From Longimicrobiales bacterium (lineage in GTDB: Bacteria > Gemmatimonadota > Gemmatimonadetes > Longimicrobiales > Gaopeijiaceae), in NCBI GenBank assembly GCA_965238005.1, contig OZ250165.1, positions 3,904,001-3,968,000 of the forward strand: DNA of 64,000 nt, written 5' to 3'. The first letter of the stretch is position 1; the number at the start of each line of letters is the position of its first letter. The translations under genes were made by a program, and so were the position numbers. The notes beneath the pieces are model-generated. The model was not told where the DNA came from, made no database searches, and saw only the letters and a program-made list of their open reading frames with translations. Shown piece by piece: positions 51,455-61,561 of this stretch.

Positions 51455-53143
51455 ATGAGTCTTCCAACCAATACGCTCTACTACGGCGACTGCTTGGAGT
51501 GGTTGCCTCAGTTCCCATCCGAGAGCGTAGACCTGATCTACCTCGATCCTCCGTTCAACTCCAATCAGAGCTACAACCTGCTATTTGGAAACGGACAGCC
51601 CAAACCCAACGGGAGCCGGAGTGCACAGGTACGGGCGTTCGACGATATGTGGCGGTGGGACGATGCGGCGGCAAAGCGTGTAGATCAGCTATCCCGTGCC
51701 CGCGCGCACCCGGCACATAAGGCCGTAGTGGGCTTGCGCGCGATGCTGGGAGAAAGCGGAATGCTGGCCTATCTGTCCTACATGGCAGAGCGGCTGGCCG
51801 AGATGCCCCGTGTCTTGAAGCCCACAGGCTCAATCTACCTACATTGCGACCCTACGGCATCCCACGGCCTCAAGTTAGTGATGGATTGTGTCTGGGGTCC
51901 CGCAGCGTTCCGTAATGAGATCGTGTGGCGACGATCAAACGCCCACAATAAGCTGACGCGACAATATGGGCCAATCCATGATGTGATACTGTTTTACGCC
52001 CATGACAAGGCTACGTTTCATCCCGGCTATACGCCATACACGCAGGCATACGTCCATGACTATTTCTGCCATTCGGATGAACGAGGACCATATCAATCAA
52101 ACGTGTTGACGGGGCAGGGAGTTCGAAAGGGTGAGAGCGGGGAACCTTGGCGGGGGTACGATCCGACAGCAAGGGGACGGCATTGGGCAATCCCCAGGTC
52201 TCTAAAAGATGAGTTACCGGCTGAACAGCAGTCATTGGGACCCCTTAGACTGCTGGATATTTTAGCTTCCTCGAATGAGATAGTGTTTTCGCGAAACGGT
52301 GTGCCTCGTTACAAGCAACGCCGAGGACCGGGGGTTCTGTGCCAAGACATTTGGGCGTATCAGCCTGGTACCAAGGGGGTCCTATACAACGACGATGCTG
52401 AAATCGACCGTGATGTGAAGTGGTTGGATTCCGAAACCGAACGTCTCGGATATCCGACGCAAAAGCCGCTAGGGTTGTTGCAGCGGATCATGGAGGCTTC
52501 GAGCCGTCCTGGGGATATCGTACTGGACCCGTTCTGCGGCTGCGGCACGGCAGTAGTGGCGGCGCACAAGCTCAACAGACAGTGGGTGGGAATCGACATT
52601 TCGCCGTTCGCCATCGATCTGATTTGTAACCAAAGACTCCCAGAATATAAGGTTAAGACTGAGGGATATCCGTATGATTTATCCGGCGCTCGCAAGCTCG
52701 CCCGCGAAAAGCCATTCAAGTTTGAGAAATGGGCTGTGACCCGGATTCCAGGCCTTGCGCCGAATGACAAACAGGTAGGCGACGACGGCATAGACGGTGT
52801 CGGATACCTGTTGGCCAAGCCGGAGGACACAACCGATCAGGTGCTCGCGCAAGTCAAAGGTGGGAAATATCAGTTAGGGCAGTTGCGCGACTTTCTAGGC
52901 GTCATGGAACGGGAACAGGCCGCCATAGGCTTGTATACCACCGTTGAGCCGATCCGAGCGGCAGGAGCACGGACAGAGGCAACCCACAGGGGCTTCCTCA
53001 CGTTGGGCGCGTCGCAATATCCACGAGCCCAGCTGTGGTCGATTCAAGATTACTTCGACAACCGGATGCCGCTGCTGCCCGCGCTGGCCGATCCCTACAC
53101 CGGAAAGCCCGTGCAGGGCTCGCTGCAAATGTCTCTGTCCTAA
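51455..53143 (+). CDS. N4/N6 DNA methyltransferase fused to a PD-(D/E)XK/Mrr-like domain
   Basis: YLDPPF, YPTQKP, LDPFCGCGT; C-terminal DDGIDG...AQVKGG. Confidence 0.9.
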   Translation: MSLPTNTLYYGDCLEWLPQFPSESVDLIYLDPPFNSNQSYNLLFGNGQPKPNGSRSAQVRAFDDMWRWDDAAAKRVDQLSRARAHPAHKAVVGLRAMLGESGMLAYLSYMAERLAEMPRVLKPTGSIYLHCDPTASHGLKLVMDCVWGPAAFRNEIVWRRSNAHNKLTRQYGPIHDVILFYAHDKATFHPGYTPYTQAYVHDYFCHSDERGPYQSNVLTGQGVRKGESGEPWRGYDPTARGRHWAIPRSLKDELPAEQQSLGPLRLLDILASSNEIVFSRNGVPRYKQRRGPGVLCQDIWAYQPGTKGVLYNDDAEIDRDVKWLDSETERLGYPTQKPLGLLQRIMEASSRPGDIVLDPFCGCGTAVVAAHKLNRQWVGIDISPFAIDLICNQRLPEYKVKTEGYPYDLSGARKLAREKPFKFEKWAVTRIPGLAPNDKQVGDDGIDGVGYLLAKPEDTTDQVLAQVKGGKYQLGQLRDFLGVMEREQAAIGLYTTVEPIRAAGARTEATHRGFLTLGASQYPRAQLWSIQDYFDNRMPLLPALADPYTGKPVQGSLQMSLS

Positions 53144-53155
53144 GGAAACGAGCCG

Positions 53156-53311
53156 ATGAGCGAGAAGCGGAAGCCGTACAAGAAGGGGTTAAAGGCCGAC
53201 TATCGGGGTGCGAAGCCGGAGCAGGTAGCCGAGGCGCTACATCGGCACCGTCCCGATAAGGTGGAGCAGCGGGACGCCAAGGCCGGGAAGCCTCCGGGCA
53301 AATCAAGTTAG
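53156..53311 (+). CDS. Small basic passenger ORF (51 aa)
   Basis: MSEKRKPYKKGLKADYRGAKPEQVAEALHRHRP...; AAGGA upstream; stop inside the right IR. Confidence 0.5.
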   Translation: MSEKRKPYKKGLKADYRGAKPEQVAEALHRHRPDKVEQRDAKAGKPPGKSS

Positions 53312-53585
53312 GTATATAATCCCCTAACGTTTCACGACTCCCTCGAGCTGGAGCATTTCCGGGGTCGCGTCTTCCCCCGGCCCCACACCGTCCATGAGTT
53401 GGGCGAGGCGGGCCTCGAGGCCGGAGCTTGTTCGGGGGACTTCGGTCATTGAGAATCCTCTGGAAGGTTGTCGTACATCGTTAGCGATCAGCCGCAGCCC
53501 GTCGCTCGGCCAGGCCCTAGGGAGGCCCACCAGACTGGTGCAGAGGCTCGCTAGGGGAGACTCACCAGACTTTTGCAGAGGCTAG

Positions 53586-55112
53586 CTAGATCACCTCGAT
53601 GTTGAGACGGCCGATGAGGCGGATGATCTCGACCTGCTGGGCGAGCCCTCCGATCACGAACCTGATATGTGCGGCATCGGCCGGGTACTGGCCGAAGGTC
53701 GGGTCGACCGCCACCCACTCTCCCAACCACACCTCGGGCCAGGCATGGTAGAAGAACGAGTTGTTGAGGTAGACGAGACCGACGGCCGTCCGGGCGGGAA
53801 GGCCGAGGGCCCTGGCCATGGCCACATACAGGACCGTGTGTTCGTTGCAGTCTCCCTGCCTCGACTCGAGCACCTGTAGGGCGCTGGGCACGGAGAAGGT
53901 CACGCTCTTCTCGAGCATGCGATCTACACGGGTGGTGAGCCGCTGAGCGGCCGCCTTGGGGTCTCGGAGCCAGCGCCCCACCGCCTGGCGGGCCTCCCGC
54001 TGGATTCGCGGGTCGTCGCTCTGGATCAGCGGCTCCGCCTCAAGCTCCTCGCGCATATCCATGAGCTTGTAGGGGAGCGAGAAGTCGGGCTCCACGGCCG
54101 CCCAGTTCTCGCGGCGCACGATGAGCGTGTCGCCTCGAAGCGTCTGGCGTCCCCCGTCGAGCTGGAAACCCGCCAGCTCCACTCCCGTGAGACGGAAGCG
54201 GAGCACGTCGTACTCCTCCACCGACCCTAGGTCGGCCTTGCTCCGGATGGCCGTCGACAGGATCACGTCCTGGTCGATGGCCAACGTGGCCACCCCTCGG
54301 GAGTCCTCCTGCGCCTGCCTCGCCAGCTCGTATTCGGTCTTCTCCATGGTGAAGCCGAGGGCGCTCGAGGCGCTGATGACCCGCCCGTCGTGATCCACCC
54401 AGCTCACCACCTGCACGCCACCATGGACCTCGGCGATCTTCCACACCGGAATGGAGTCGTAGCGGGCCGGCTCCCAGCGATTCGTGCTGGGATTCAGGTA
54501 TGCGCTGTCCGGAACCACGAGCGTGTCGTGCTCTAGCACATGGACCTCCACCGCCCTCGTGGCCAGCGTGGACGGATCGAAGACCGGAAGTCGCAGGGTG
54601 TTTCCAACCTCCAGCTCGCCAGCCATGGCGATCCGAATGGGGAGAGCGGCCGAAAAGATGGGTGGCTCGGCCAGCCGGTAGGAGATCTCCTGCTCCGAGC
54701 CACCGGCATCTATGGTGACGTGGAGCGTGGAGTCGGCCCCAAGAGTCCCGTCGGCCCGAAACGTCCCGACCTCGGAGTCCAGGGAGAAGGAAAAGGATTC
54801 CATGATGAGAGCGGGGCTGAGGCGGACCAGCGTTCGGACCACGGCGGAGCCCGTCTGGCCCAGGGCCGGGAGGTCGAGGACCATGACGTCCTCCAGCTCG
54901 AACCCCTCTGGGATCGTGTCCAGGCGCGATGTGGCCTGGCCCACGTTGCGCTCGCCCATGCGGAGCGTGTAGAAGCTCATCCCCGGAGCCAGCGCGAGCG
55001 CAGCCTCTGCCAGCCGTGTGAGCTCGGGCTGGAAGTACTCCCGCCGGGCCTGCCATCCCACCATAGCGACCCAGATCGCCACGATCGTGACGGCCAACAC
55101 CTTCCAGCTCAC
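53586..55112 (-). CDS. Transglutaminase-like domain protein
   Basis: GDCNEH, HAWPEV, VDPT triad. Confidence 0.88.
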   Translation of the reverse strand: MSWKVLAVTIVAIWVAMVGWQARREYFQPELTRLAEAALALAPGMSFYTLRMGERNVGQATSRLDTIPEGFELEDVMVLDLPALGQTGSAVVRTLVRLSPALIMESFSFSLDSEVGTFRADGTLGADSTLHVTIDAGGSEQEISYRLAEPPIFSAALPIRIAMAGELEVGNTLRLPVFDPSTLATRAVEVHVLEHDTLVVPDSAYLNPSTNRWEPARYDSIPVWKIAEVHGGVQVVSWVDHDGRVISASSALGFTMEKTEYELARQAQEDSRGVATLAIDQDVILSTAIRSKADLGSVEEYDVLRFRLTGVELAGFQLDGGRQTLRGDTLIVRRENWAAVEPDFSLPYKLMDMREELEAEPLIQSDDPRIQREARQAVGRWLRDPKAAAQRLTTRVDRMLEKSVTFSVPSALQVLESRQGDCNEHTVLYVAMARALGLPARTAVGLVYLNNSFFYHAWPEVWLGEWVAVDPTFGQYPADAAHIRFVIGGLAQQVEIIRLIGRLNIEVI

Positions 55113-55115
55113 GTG

Positions 55116-55688
55116 CTACGCTCCATCGCCACTCAACGCTCCATCGCCGTTCGGCACTCCATCGTCGCTCGACTCCTCACGGTCATCGTCGAACTCCTTG
55201 AGACGGGTAGCGAACACCTGCAGCTCGTAGTCCGTCGTCACCATGACGACGACCCGCTTCGGGTATTCCTCGCGCTCCAGGTGCTCCCGCAGCACCTGTG
55301 CCATGACGTCCGCCGCCGCCTCGGCGTCCAGATTTCCCGCTCCTGTGCCGAGAGGAGGGAGGGCCAGGGTCTCGACTCCGAGTCGACAAGCATGCCGCAG
55401 GCCGTTCAGGAACGCCCTTCGTACACCAGATGCCGTCACGGGCTCGTCGTCGGACTGAACCACCACGTGCACCATAAACGCCGCCTGCAACGCCCCGCCC
55501 GGTGTGATCACCGCTCCACCCACGGGGAGCTCACCCATGCGCTCGATGCGCTCCTCGAGCTCGGCGCCGGCCGCGGCGCCCACCGCCCGTCCCAGACTCG
55601 TCACCGGCTCCATTCTCGAGCTGACGGCCCGAAGGACGCACTCGACCTCGGCCGTCACCAGATCGTCGCGACGAACTTCGATCATCAC
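55116..55688 (-). CDS. Macro domain protein
   Basis: GGAVITPGG, VHVV, LPPLGTGAG. Confidence 0.85.
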   Translation of the reverse strand: MMIEVRRDDLVTAEVECVLRAVSSRMEPVTSLGRAVGAAAGAELEERIERMGELPVGGAVITPGGALQAAFMVHVVVQSDDEPVTASGVRRAFLNGLRHACRLGVETLALPPLGTGAGNLDAEAAADVMAQVLREHLEREEYPKRVVVMVTTDYELQVFATRLKEFDDDREESSDDGVPNGDGALSGDGA

Positions 55689-56641
55689 ACGTTCAGCGCC
55701 TGGGCCCGCCGATACATCTCGGCCGCTCTCTCCCGTTCGTGCTTCTTGTCGTAGAGCATCCCCAGTGTGTGATACGCACGCCAGTTGTGTGGCTGGAGCT
55801 GGATCACCCGCTCCATCACCTGGAGGGCCTCATCCACGCGACCAAGCCTGTTGAGGGCCTCGCCCCGGTAGAAGTGAGCTGGGCCATGGTCGGGATCGTG
55901 CTTGCACACCCCGCGGAAGCCCGCCTCGGCGTCGGCGTAAAGCCCTTTCCGAAACGCCAGGAGCCCTTCTTTGGCGCGGACCTCCACGCTCTCCGGCTCG
56001 AGGCGGAGGGCTCGCTTCAACTCGACGTCGGCATCCTCGAATCGGCCCCCCGCTCCATAGGCGGCCCCTAGGCTGGCCCGCACTTGGGCGTTGTCGGGGT
56101 CCACCTCACTGGCTGCGAGGAACCGCTCGATAGCCAGCTCATGGCGGCCGAGATCATCGTACAGGGTTCCGAGACCGAACTGTGCCTGGGGGTGTGTGGG
56201 GCTCTCGTCGAGGATCTCCATGAAAAGCAGCACGGCCTCCTGCACGCGGCCCTCGCGGGACACGCGGATGGCAGTGCTCACCCGGTCCTCCTCGGAAGCG
56301 GCCGCATCCGGAACGTCGCCGCCGCCGGGGCCGCCAGAGGGCACGTCGTCCCGCATGATCTCCTCGGGAAGGTCGGCGTCCGCAGTGACGACCTCCCCGG
56401 AGAACGCCGTTTCAGCGAGGTCGGGGGCAGTCTCGGCGGTGGCGTTGGCTTTCCCCTCCGCCGCCTCGTCGGCGAGGTCGCTCACAAAAACGACGGGGAT
56501 GACCTCGACTTCCCCTCGGTCGATGTCGGCTCCTCCGTGGTCCACCTCCCCCAACAGGTCTCCCTGTATCGGCAGGCCTTTCGGCTCCGCCTCGGCCCTC
56601 GCCTTTCGCCTTCGGGTCGGCCTACGATTCTTACTGGTCAT
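55685..56641 (-). CDS. TPR protein
   Basis: Acidic N-terminus and several TPR repeats. Confidence 0.85.
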   Translation of the reverse strand: MTSKNRRPTRRRKARAEAEPKGLPIQGDLLGEVDHGGADIDRGEVEVIPVVFVSDLADEAAEGKANATAETAPDLAETAFSGEVVTADADLPEEIMRDDVPSGGPGGGDVPDAAASEEDRVSTAIRVSREGRVQEAVLLFMEILDESPTHPQAQFGLGTLYDDLGRHELAIERFLAASEVDPDNAQVRASLGAAYGAGGRFEDADVELKRALRLEPESVEVRAKEGLLAFRKGLYADAEAGFRGVCKHDPDHGPAHFYRGEALNRLGRVDEALQVMERVIQLQPHNWRAYHTLGMLYDKKHERERAAEMYRRAQALNV

Positions 56642-56969
56642 GGGAAGACTCCGCCCGTGTGCACTCGCGCACCCACTCGAGGTAGGGCTCGTGCCCTCCC
56701 TCGACCGCCAACGTCAGGATCTCGGGAACGTCATACGTATGCAGCTCCGCAACCCTCTCGACGAGTCGCGAAGCTCGGTCTGCACTCGTCTTCAAGATAA
56801 GCAGAACCTCCGCCTCCTCCTGCATGCTTCCGTCCCACTCGAAAACGGAGGTGACGTCTGGAAGAAGGTTTCCACAGGCGGCGAGCCCCTCCTCCACGAC
56901 CTGGCGAGCCAGGGCGAGGCCCGTCTCCTTGTCTCCGGCGGTGACGAAGACGACTCGTACGTCCGACAT
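56631..56969 (-). CDS. cutA: Divalent-cation tolerance protein CutA
   Basis: LAACGN, SVFEWDG, LKT, HTYDVPEI. Confidence 0.92.
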   Translation of the reverse strand: MSDVRVVFVTAGDKETGLALARQVVEEGLAACGNLLPDVTSVFEWDGSMQEEAEVLLILKTSADRASRLVERVAELHTYDVPEILTLAVEGGHEPYLEWVRECTRAESSHDQ

Positions 56970-56974
56970 CTCGG

Positions 56975-58831
56975 TCACGGCTCCGAGAAGACGGTCTGGT
57001 CCAGGTTGTCTTCCAGATAGAACGCCTCGATGAGCTCGCGGTATCGTGCCTCCACCGCCCTCCGCTTGACCTTCTGGGTGGGTGTGAGGGTGCCCTCCTC
57101 GATGGTGAACTGCGACTCGATCAACCCGATCTTCTTGGGCGTCTCGAAGCGCGCCAGCCCCCTCAGCGCTCCGAAAACCTGCTCCTCTATGAGCTCTTGG
57201 ACTTCCGGTCGAGCCAGAAGCGCCTTCGCGTCCGAAGCCTGGATACCGGTCTTCCGTGCCCAGGCCTCCAGGTTCGGAAAGCTGGGAACAACCAGGATCA
57301 CGCAGAAGCTCCGGCGATCGCCGATCATCACCGCCTGCTCCACAAACTCGTTGGTCTTCAGACGATTCTCGATGGGTTGGGGCGCCACGTTCTTCCCCCC
57401 CGCCGTGACGATGATGTCCTTGATGCGGTCCGTGATCCGGAGGAAGCCGTCCTCGTCGATCTCGCCCACGTCCCCCGTGTGGAACCACCCTTCGGAATCG
57501 ATAGCCTCGGTGGTGGCCTCCGGCAGATTGTAGTAGCCCTTCATCACCTGCGGGCCCCGGATCAGGATCTCGCCTTCCTCTCCGATCCGGATCTCGGTCC
57601 CGGGGATGGGCTTGCCGACGGTCCCGATCCTGAAGCCCTCGAACGAGTTCACGTTGGTGACCGGGCTGGTCTCCGTGAGGCCGTAGCCCTCCAGAATCCA
57701 GATTCCGGCTGAGAAGAAGAAGCGATTGATGTCCGGGGCGAGGGGCGCCCCACCGCTGATGAAGTAACGGATCCGCCCCCCCATGGCCGCCCGGATCTTC
57801 TTGAAGACGAGGGCATCCGCGAGACGGTATACAAGTTTGAGAACACCGCTGGGCTCACGGCCTGCCAGCTTCTCTTCGGCCCAGGCCTCACCCACTTCCC
57901 TGGCCCACTGCACGAGCTTCTTCTTCAGGCCCTCTGCCTCCATCACGGCGTTGTAGACCTTCTCGTACAACCGTGGAACGGAGACCACGATGGAGGGCCG
58001 AACCACCTTGATATCGTCGGCCACTTTGTGGATGGAGTGTGCGTAGGCCGCCGTGTCGCCCCGTGAGAAGTACAGATAGCTGACCATGCGCTGAAGGACG
58101 TGTGACAAGGGGAGGAAGACCAGCGCCGTATCACCCTCCTTTCGGGGAAGCATTCGCCCCGCCGCCGTCACGTTGCTCCACAGGTTGTTGTGGGTGAGCA
58201 TCACCCCCTTGGGGTTCCCCGTCGTGCCTGACGTATAGAGGAGAGTGGCCAGACCGTCTGGCTCGGCTTCCAGGGCCATGGCACGGAAGCTCTCGTCGTC
58301 CATCTCGGCGTCGAATTCGCGCCCCTTCTCCAGGAAGTCTTCCCACGCCAGAGCGCCCTCGGGGAGGGAGTCGGACGCGTCGAAGACCACAATCTGGATG
58401 TCCCGTACCATCTCCCGGCTCGCGGCCTCGACCTTCTCCGCTTGGTCGGGAGTCGACGCGAAGACCAGCGACGCAGCCGAGTTCTCCAGAATGTACGCCA
58501 CCTGGGGGCCGGTCAGGGTGCTGTAGATGGGCACGTTCAGAACACCAGTGCAGATACAGGCGTAGTCGCAGACGGACCACTCCATACGGGTCTCAGAGAG
58601 GATCGCCGCCCGGTCTCCCCGCTTCATGCCGAGGGCCTGGAGCCCACCGGAAACGGCCCGAACGAGGTCGTATACCGCACTGTAGCTCATATCCTCCAGG
58701 TGGTCGCCGTCGCCCGGGAAGTACCGGAACGCCAACTCCTCGCTGCGATCCTCCACGGCCGTGAGGAAGAGCTGACTCAGCGTCCCGGGCGGGAGGTCCG
58801 CGGGATTGGACACGTAGTCGAGAGAGCCCAT
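56975..58831 (-). CDS. Long-chain fatty acid-CoA ligase
   Basis: YTSGTTGNPKG, GYGLTE, TGDVG, LTPTQKVKR. Confidence 0.93.
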   Translation of the reverse strand: MGSLDYVSNPADLPPGTLSQLFLTAVEDRSEELAFRYFPGDGDHLEDMSYSAVYDLVRAVSGGLQALGMKRGDRAAILSETRMEWSVCDYACICTGVLNVPIYSTLTGPQVAYILENSAASLVFASTPDQAEKVEAASREMVRDIQIVVFDASDSLPEGALAWEDFLEKGREFDAEMDDESFRAMALEAEPDGLATLLYTSGTTGNPKGVMLTHNNLWSNVTAAGRMLPRKEGDTALVFLPLSHVLQRMVSYLYFSRGDTAAYAHSIHKVADDIKVVRPSIVVSVPRLYEKVYNAVMEAEGLKKKLVQWAREVGEAWAEEKLAGREPSGVLKLVYRLADALVFKKIRAAMGGRIRYFISGGAPLAPDINRFFFSAGIWILEGYGLTETSPVTNVNSFEGFRIGTVGKPIPGTEIRIGEEGEILIRGPQVMKGYYNLPEATTEAIDSEGWFHTGDVGEIDEDGFLRITDRIKDIIVTAGGKNVAPQPIENRLKTNEFVEQAVMIGDRRSFCVILVVPSFPNLEAWARKTGIQASDAKALLARPEVQELIEEQVFGALRGLARFETPKKIGLIESQFTIEEGTLTPTQKVKRRAVEARYRELIEAFYLEDNLDQTVFSEP

Positions 58832-58880
58832 CCGGTTCTCCTGTGGCCTTACCGGAACACTAGGAACAGGCCGACGGTGC

Positions 58881-59294
58881 TCAGACGCCCTCGACCACCG
58901 TCTCGAAGTCGAGGTCCTGGCGAAGCGAGTGGAGCACGCTGCAGTACTTGTCGCGGGAGAGCTGGATCGCGCGATCCACCTTGGGCCGCGCCTCGGCAGC
59001 CACGCCTCCCAATACGAAGGTCAGACGTATTCGTTTGAAGTAGCGGGGAGGGTCGGGGTTCCGGTCGGCATCGGCGTGAATCTCGAGGGAGCTCACATCG
59101 ACGCGGGACTTCTCGAGAATCATGAGCACGTCGATGCCCATGCAGCCCATGAGCCCCAGGAGCAGAGAATCCATCGCTGAGGCGCCGGCCTCGCCGTCCC
59201 CGTCGATGGTCACCTCGGGTCCTGACCCCGAGCGGCCCTTGAACACGTCGCCCTGCCCGGTCCAAAACAGGATCGTCTGTTTAGAAGAGCTCAT
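58881..59294 (-). CDS. OsmC family protein
   Basis: GCMGID, KYCSV. Confidence 0.88.
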   Translation of the reverse strand: MSSSKQTILFWTGQGDVFKGRSGSGPEVTIDGDGEAGASAMDSLLLGLMGCMGIDVLMILEKSRVDVSSLEIHADADRNPDPPRYFKRIRLTFVLGGVAAEARPKVDRAIQLSRDKYCSVLHSLRQDLDFETVVEGV

Positions 59295-59745
59295 CCTGCG
59301 TGGGTTGAGGACCCTCGGTAGCAGGGTTCGATCCACCCTCTCCGGTGAGCTTGGCGAGGGTTCCCCGGGCATGGGACACGTGCTCGCCAGCCTCCTCGGT
59401 AGGTGCGTTCTCGAGAAAGGCGCGGAGGTGCGGGATGGCGTCCGGCTCCTGGCCGGCCCTCACGAGGAGGAACGCCAGACCGTAGTGGGCGCCGGCGGCA
59501 TCGGGGTTCTTCTGGAGCACGTGCCGATACGTCTTCGCGGCCTCCTCGGTCATCCCGATGCGGGTGTACGAGATTGCGATCTGCTGCAGCACCACGGAGT
59601 CCCCGGGTGACTCCTTGAGGGCCAGGCGAAACGAGGTGAGGGCTTCGTGGAACTTGCCCTCCGCCATCAAGGCGACGCCCTCGTCATAGTAGGCGACGCG
59701 CCCGGTGTCCCTGGATCCGCCGAAAACCTTATTCCACCACGCCAT
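59281..59745 (-). CDS. TPR protein
   Basis: TPR repeats. Confidence 0.8.
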   Translation of the reverse strand: MAWWNKVFGGSRDTGRVAYYDEGVALMAEGKFHEALTSFRLALKESPGDSVVLQQIAISYTRIGMTEEAAKTYRHVLQKNPDAAGAHYGLAFLLVRAGQEPDAIPHLRAFLENAPTEEAGEHVSHARGTLAKLTGEGGSNPATEGPQPTQDELF

Positions 59746-59863
59746 GGAGAGAAAGCTCGGCCGCGAGAAATGGTACGGCGCGACGGGCGAGCGGTCAGCC
59801 GCGAAACGCCGGAGTGGGTGGTGACGAAAGTAGAGAAGGCCCAAATGCGACGCAACGACAAGG

Positions 59864-60487
59864 TTATTGTCGTGCCGCCACCACCGCCGCCGTCTCCGAA
59901 ACCAGAACCTTCATTCCCGCGGTCTCGAGGGCGGAATCCCAGCCGTCGACGCCACCCCAGACGACCACGCGACCCAATCGCGCCACGACGCGTGCAACCT
60001 CGTGGGCGTCGAGCGGCCCCTCGTCTCCGAAGAGGGCCGCGCCGCGAAGGCTCTGAGCCTGGAACGGAAGCCGGGAGCCCGCGATCAGCCGGCTGACACC
60101 CTCGGCTTCGTGCCAACTCCGTAGCCCCGAAGCGATCCCCACGACCTCCACGACCTCCAACTTCTCGGCAAGAGCATCGGCGTGGCCCGCCATGCGGCCC
60201 AAGAGGGCCACATGACCGACGCCCTCCGTGATCCCCAGAAGACCCGCCACCTCCATGAGCGTTGGAGAGTCGGGCGCCGCGAGCGTATCCTCGTCGTGGA
60301 GGCTGATCCGGGGTGGAGGCCGCAGGTCCCCGAATCCCTCCCGGATCGGGTAGCGATCCCGGCAGTTCGGACAGCCCAGTGCTCCCTCCAGAACGCGCCG
60401 GTCCTCCAGCCGGTCCGCAAGGAGGATCAGCCCAAACTCGGGCCCACAGCGGGAACAGGTGAGGCGGTCGGTGAGGAGCAGATGCAT
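59864..60487 (-). CDS. Trm112-like Zn-ribbon protein
   Basis: LTCSRC...LGCPNC..YPIREG. Confidence 0.7.
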   Translation of the reverse strand: MHLLLTDRLTCSRCGPEFGLILLADRLEDRRVLEGALGCPNCRDRYPIREGFGDLRPPPRISLHDEDTLAAPDSPTLMEVAGLLGITEGVGHVALLGRMAGHADALAEKLEVVEVVGIASGLRSWHEAEGVSRLIAGSRLPFQAQSLRGAALFGDEGPLDAHEVARVVARLGRVVVWGGVDGWDSALETAGMKVLVSETAAVVAARQ

Positions 60488-60520
60488 GGGCCCTGGGCCG
60501 GGCCTTCGCTCACTGGGAGG

Positions 60521-60591
60521 GCGGGCTGTGGTCGGTCACCGCGAGGGCGGGCTGTGGTCGGTCACTAGGAAAGCGGGCTGTGGTCGGTCAC
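60521..60591. repeat. Three copies of GCGGGCTGTGGTCGGTCAC, period 26
   Basis: At 60521, 60547 and 60573; the last encodes the folE C-terminus. Confidence 0.9.
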
Positions 60592-61152
60592 GCACAGGCG
60601 GAGGAACTCGTCCCGGGTCCTCTGATCCGCGAGGAACGAACCGCGCATGGCCGAGGTGATCGTCTTCGAGTTCTGCTTCTGGACCCCCCGCATCATCATG
60701 CACAAGTGATACGCCTCTACGACCACCCCGGCGCCTTCGGGTTCCACCAGCTCCCAGAGCACCTGAGCGATCTGCTCTGTCAAGCGCTCCTGCACCTGAA
60801 GGCGGCGGGCGAAGACCTCGACCAAGCGAGCCGTCTTGGACAACCCGATGATCTTTCCGTTCGGAATATACGCGACGTGCACCTTCCCGAAAAAAGGCAG
60901 GAGATGATGCTCGCAGAGCGAGTACATCTCGATATCCTTCACCATCACCATGTTCCGGTGACAGTCTTCGAAGATGGCGCCGTTGATCACGTCCTCCGGT
61001 GTCATCCGGTACCCGCGGGTGAGGAAGGTCATGGACTTCGAGACCCTCTCCGGGGTTTGCTTCAGCCCCTGACGGTCGGGGTCATCGCCGAGGCGACGGA
61101 TCATCTCGGCTACCAGGTCCTCGAACGAGGCTCCCGAAAGCTCACTACTCAC
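60565..61152 (-). CDS. folE: GTP cyclohydrolase I
   Basis: [24 protein letters not shown]. Confidence 0.96.
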   Translation of the reverse strand: MSSELSGASFEDLVAEMIRRLGDDPDRQGLKQTPERVSKSMTFLTRGYRMTPEDVINGAIFEDCHRNMVMVKDIEMYSLCEHHLLPFFGKVHVAYIPNGKIIGLSKTARLVEVFARRLQVQERLTEQIAQVLWELVEPEGAGVVVEAYHLCMMMRGVQKQNSKTITSAMRGSFLADQRTRDEFLRLCVTDHSPLS

Positions 61153-61561
61153 CGGTGTACTCCACGTAGCTTCGGGGGGTCTCCCAAAGCGTCAGCTTGC
61201 TGAGCTTCACTTCGTTGGGCAGGCCGTCAGCGAGACGGCTCCAGATCGCGACGACCATGTTCTCGGCGGAGGGGATGAGCCCCGCCAGCCAGGGTACATC
61301 GAGGTTCACGTTCTGGTGATCGAGGTCCTGGATCACGCGTGACTCCACGAGCGACTTCAGATCCCTGAAGTCCATGACGAACCCGGTCTCCGGATCCAAT
61401 TCCCCCTCGACCGTCACGTGGAGCTCATAGTTGTGGCCGTGCCAGTTGGGGTTTGCGCACCCCCCGAACACCTCTTGGTTGCGCTCGTCGGTCCACTCTG
61501 GATTGAACACCCGATGCGCGGCGCTGAACTCGAGCTCCGTCGTGACTGTCACCCGGGGCAT
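61145..61561 (-). CDS. queD: 6-carboxytetrahydropterin / 6-pyruvoyltetrahydropterin synthase
   Basis: FSAAHR, C..WHGHNY, LDH, SAEN, WETP. Confidence 0.88.
   Translation of the reverse strand: MPRVTVTTELEFSAAHRVFNPEWTDERNQEVFGGCANPNWHGHNYELHVTVEGELDPETGFVMDFRDLKSLVESRVIQDLDHQNVNLDVPWLAGLIPSAENMVVAIWSRLADGLPNEVKLSKLTLWETPRSYVEYTGE

Larger units (their letters stand above)
50372..53324 (+). mobile_element. IS1595-family element with passenger genes (2953 bp)
   Basis: 22-bp IRs (18/22 match, GGGTATTATATACTAGACTTGA); 8-bp target duplication TAACGTTT at 50364-50371 and 53325-53332. Confidence 0.93.
49631..53449 (-). pseudogene. ABC transporter ATP-binding protein interrupted by IS1595 element
   Basis: EGVVKR|YGGFTAV rejoin in frame; GPNGAGKTT, YSHGMRQ, VDEP. 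Confidence 0.92.

Noticed and set aside
49709..53143. 1144-aa ORF suggesting a giant methyltransferase fusion
   Set aside because: The first ~580 codons are shadow frame over the antisense ABC gene and the transposase; MTase motifs start at ATG 51455.
60521..60591. Possible mini-CRISPR
   Set aside because: Spacers are only 7 bp, the repeat overlaps folE coding sequence and no cas genes are present.
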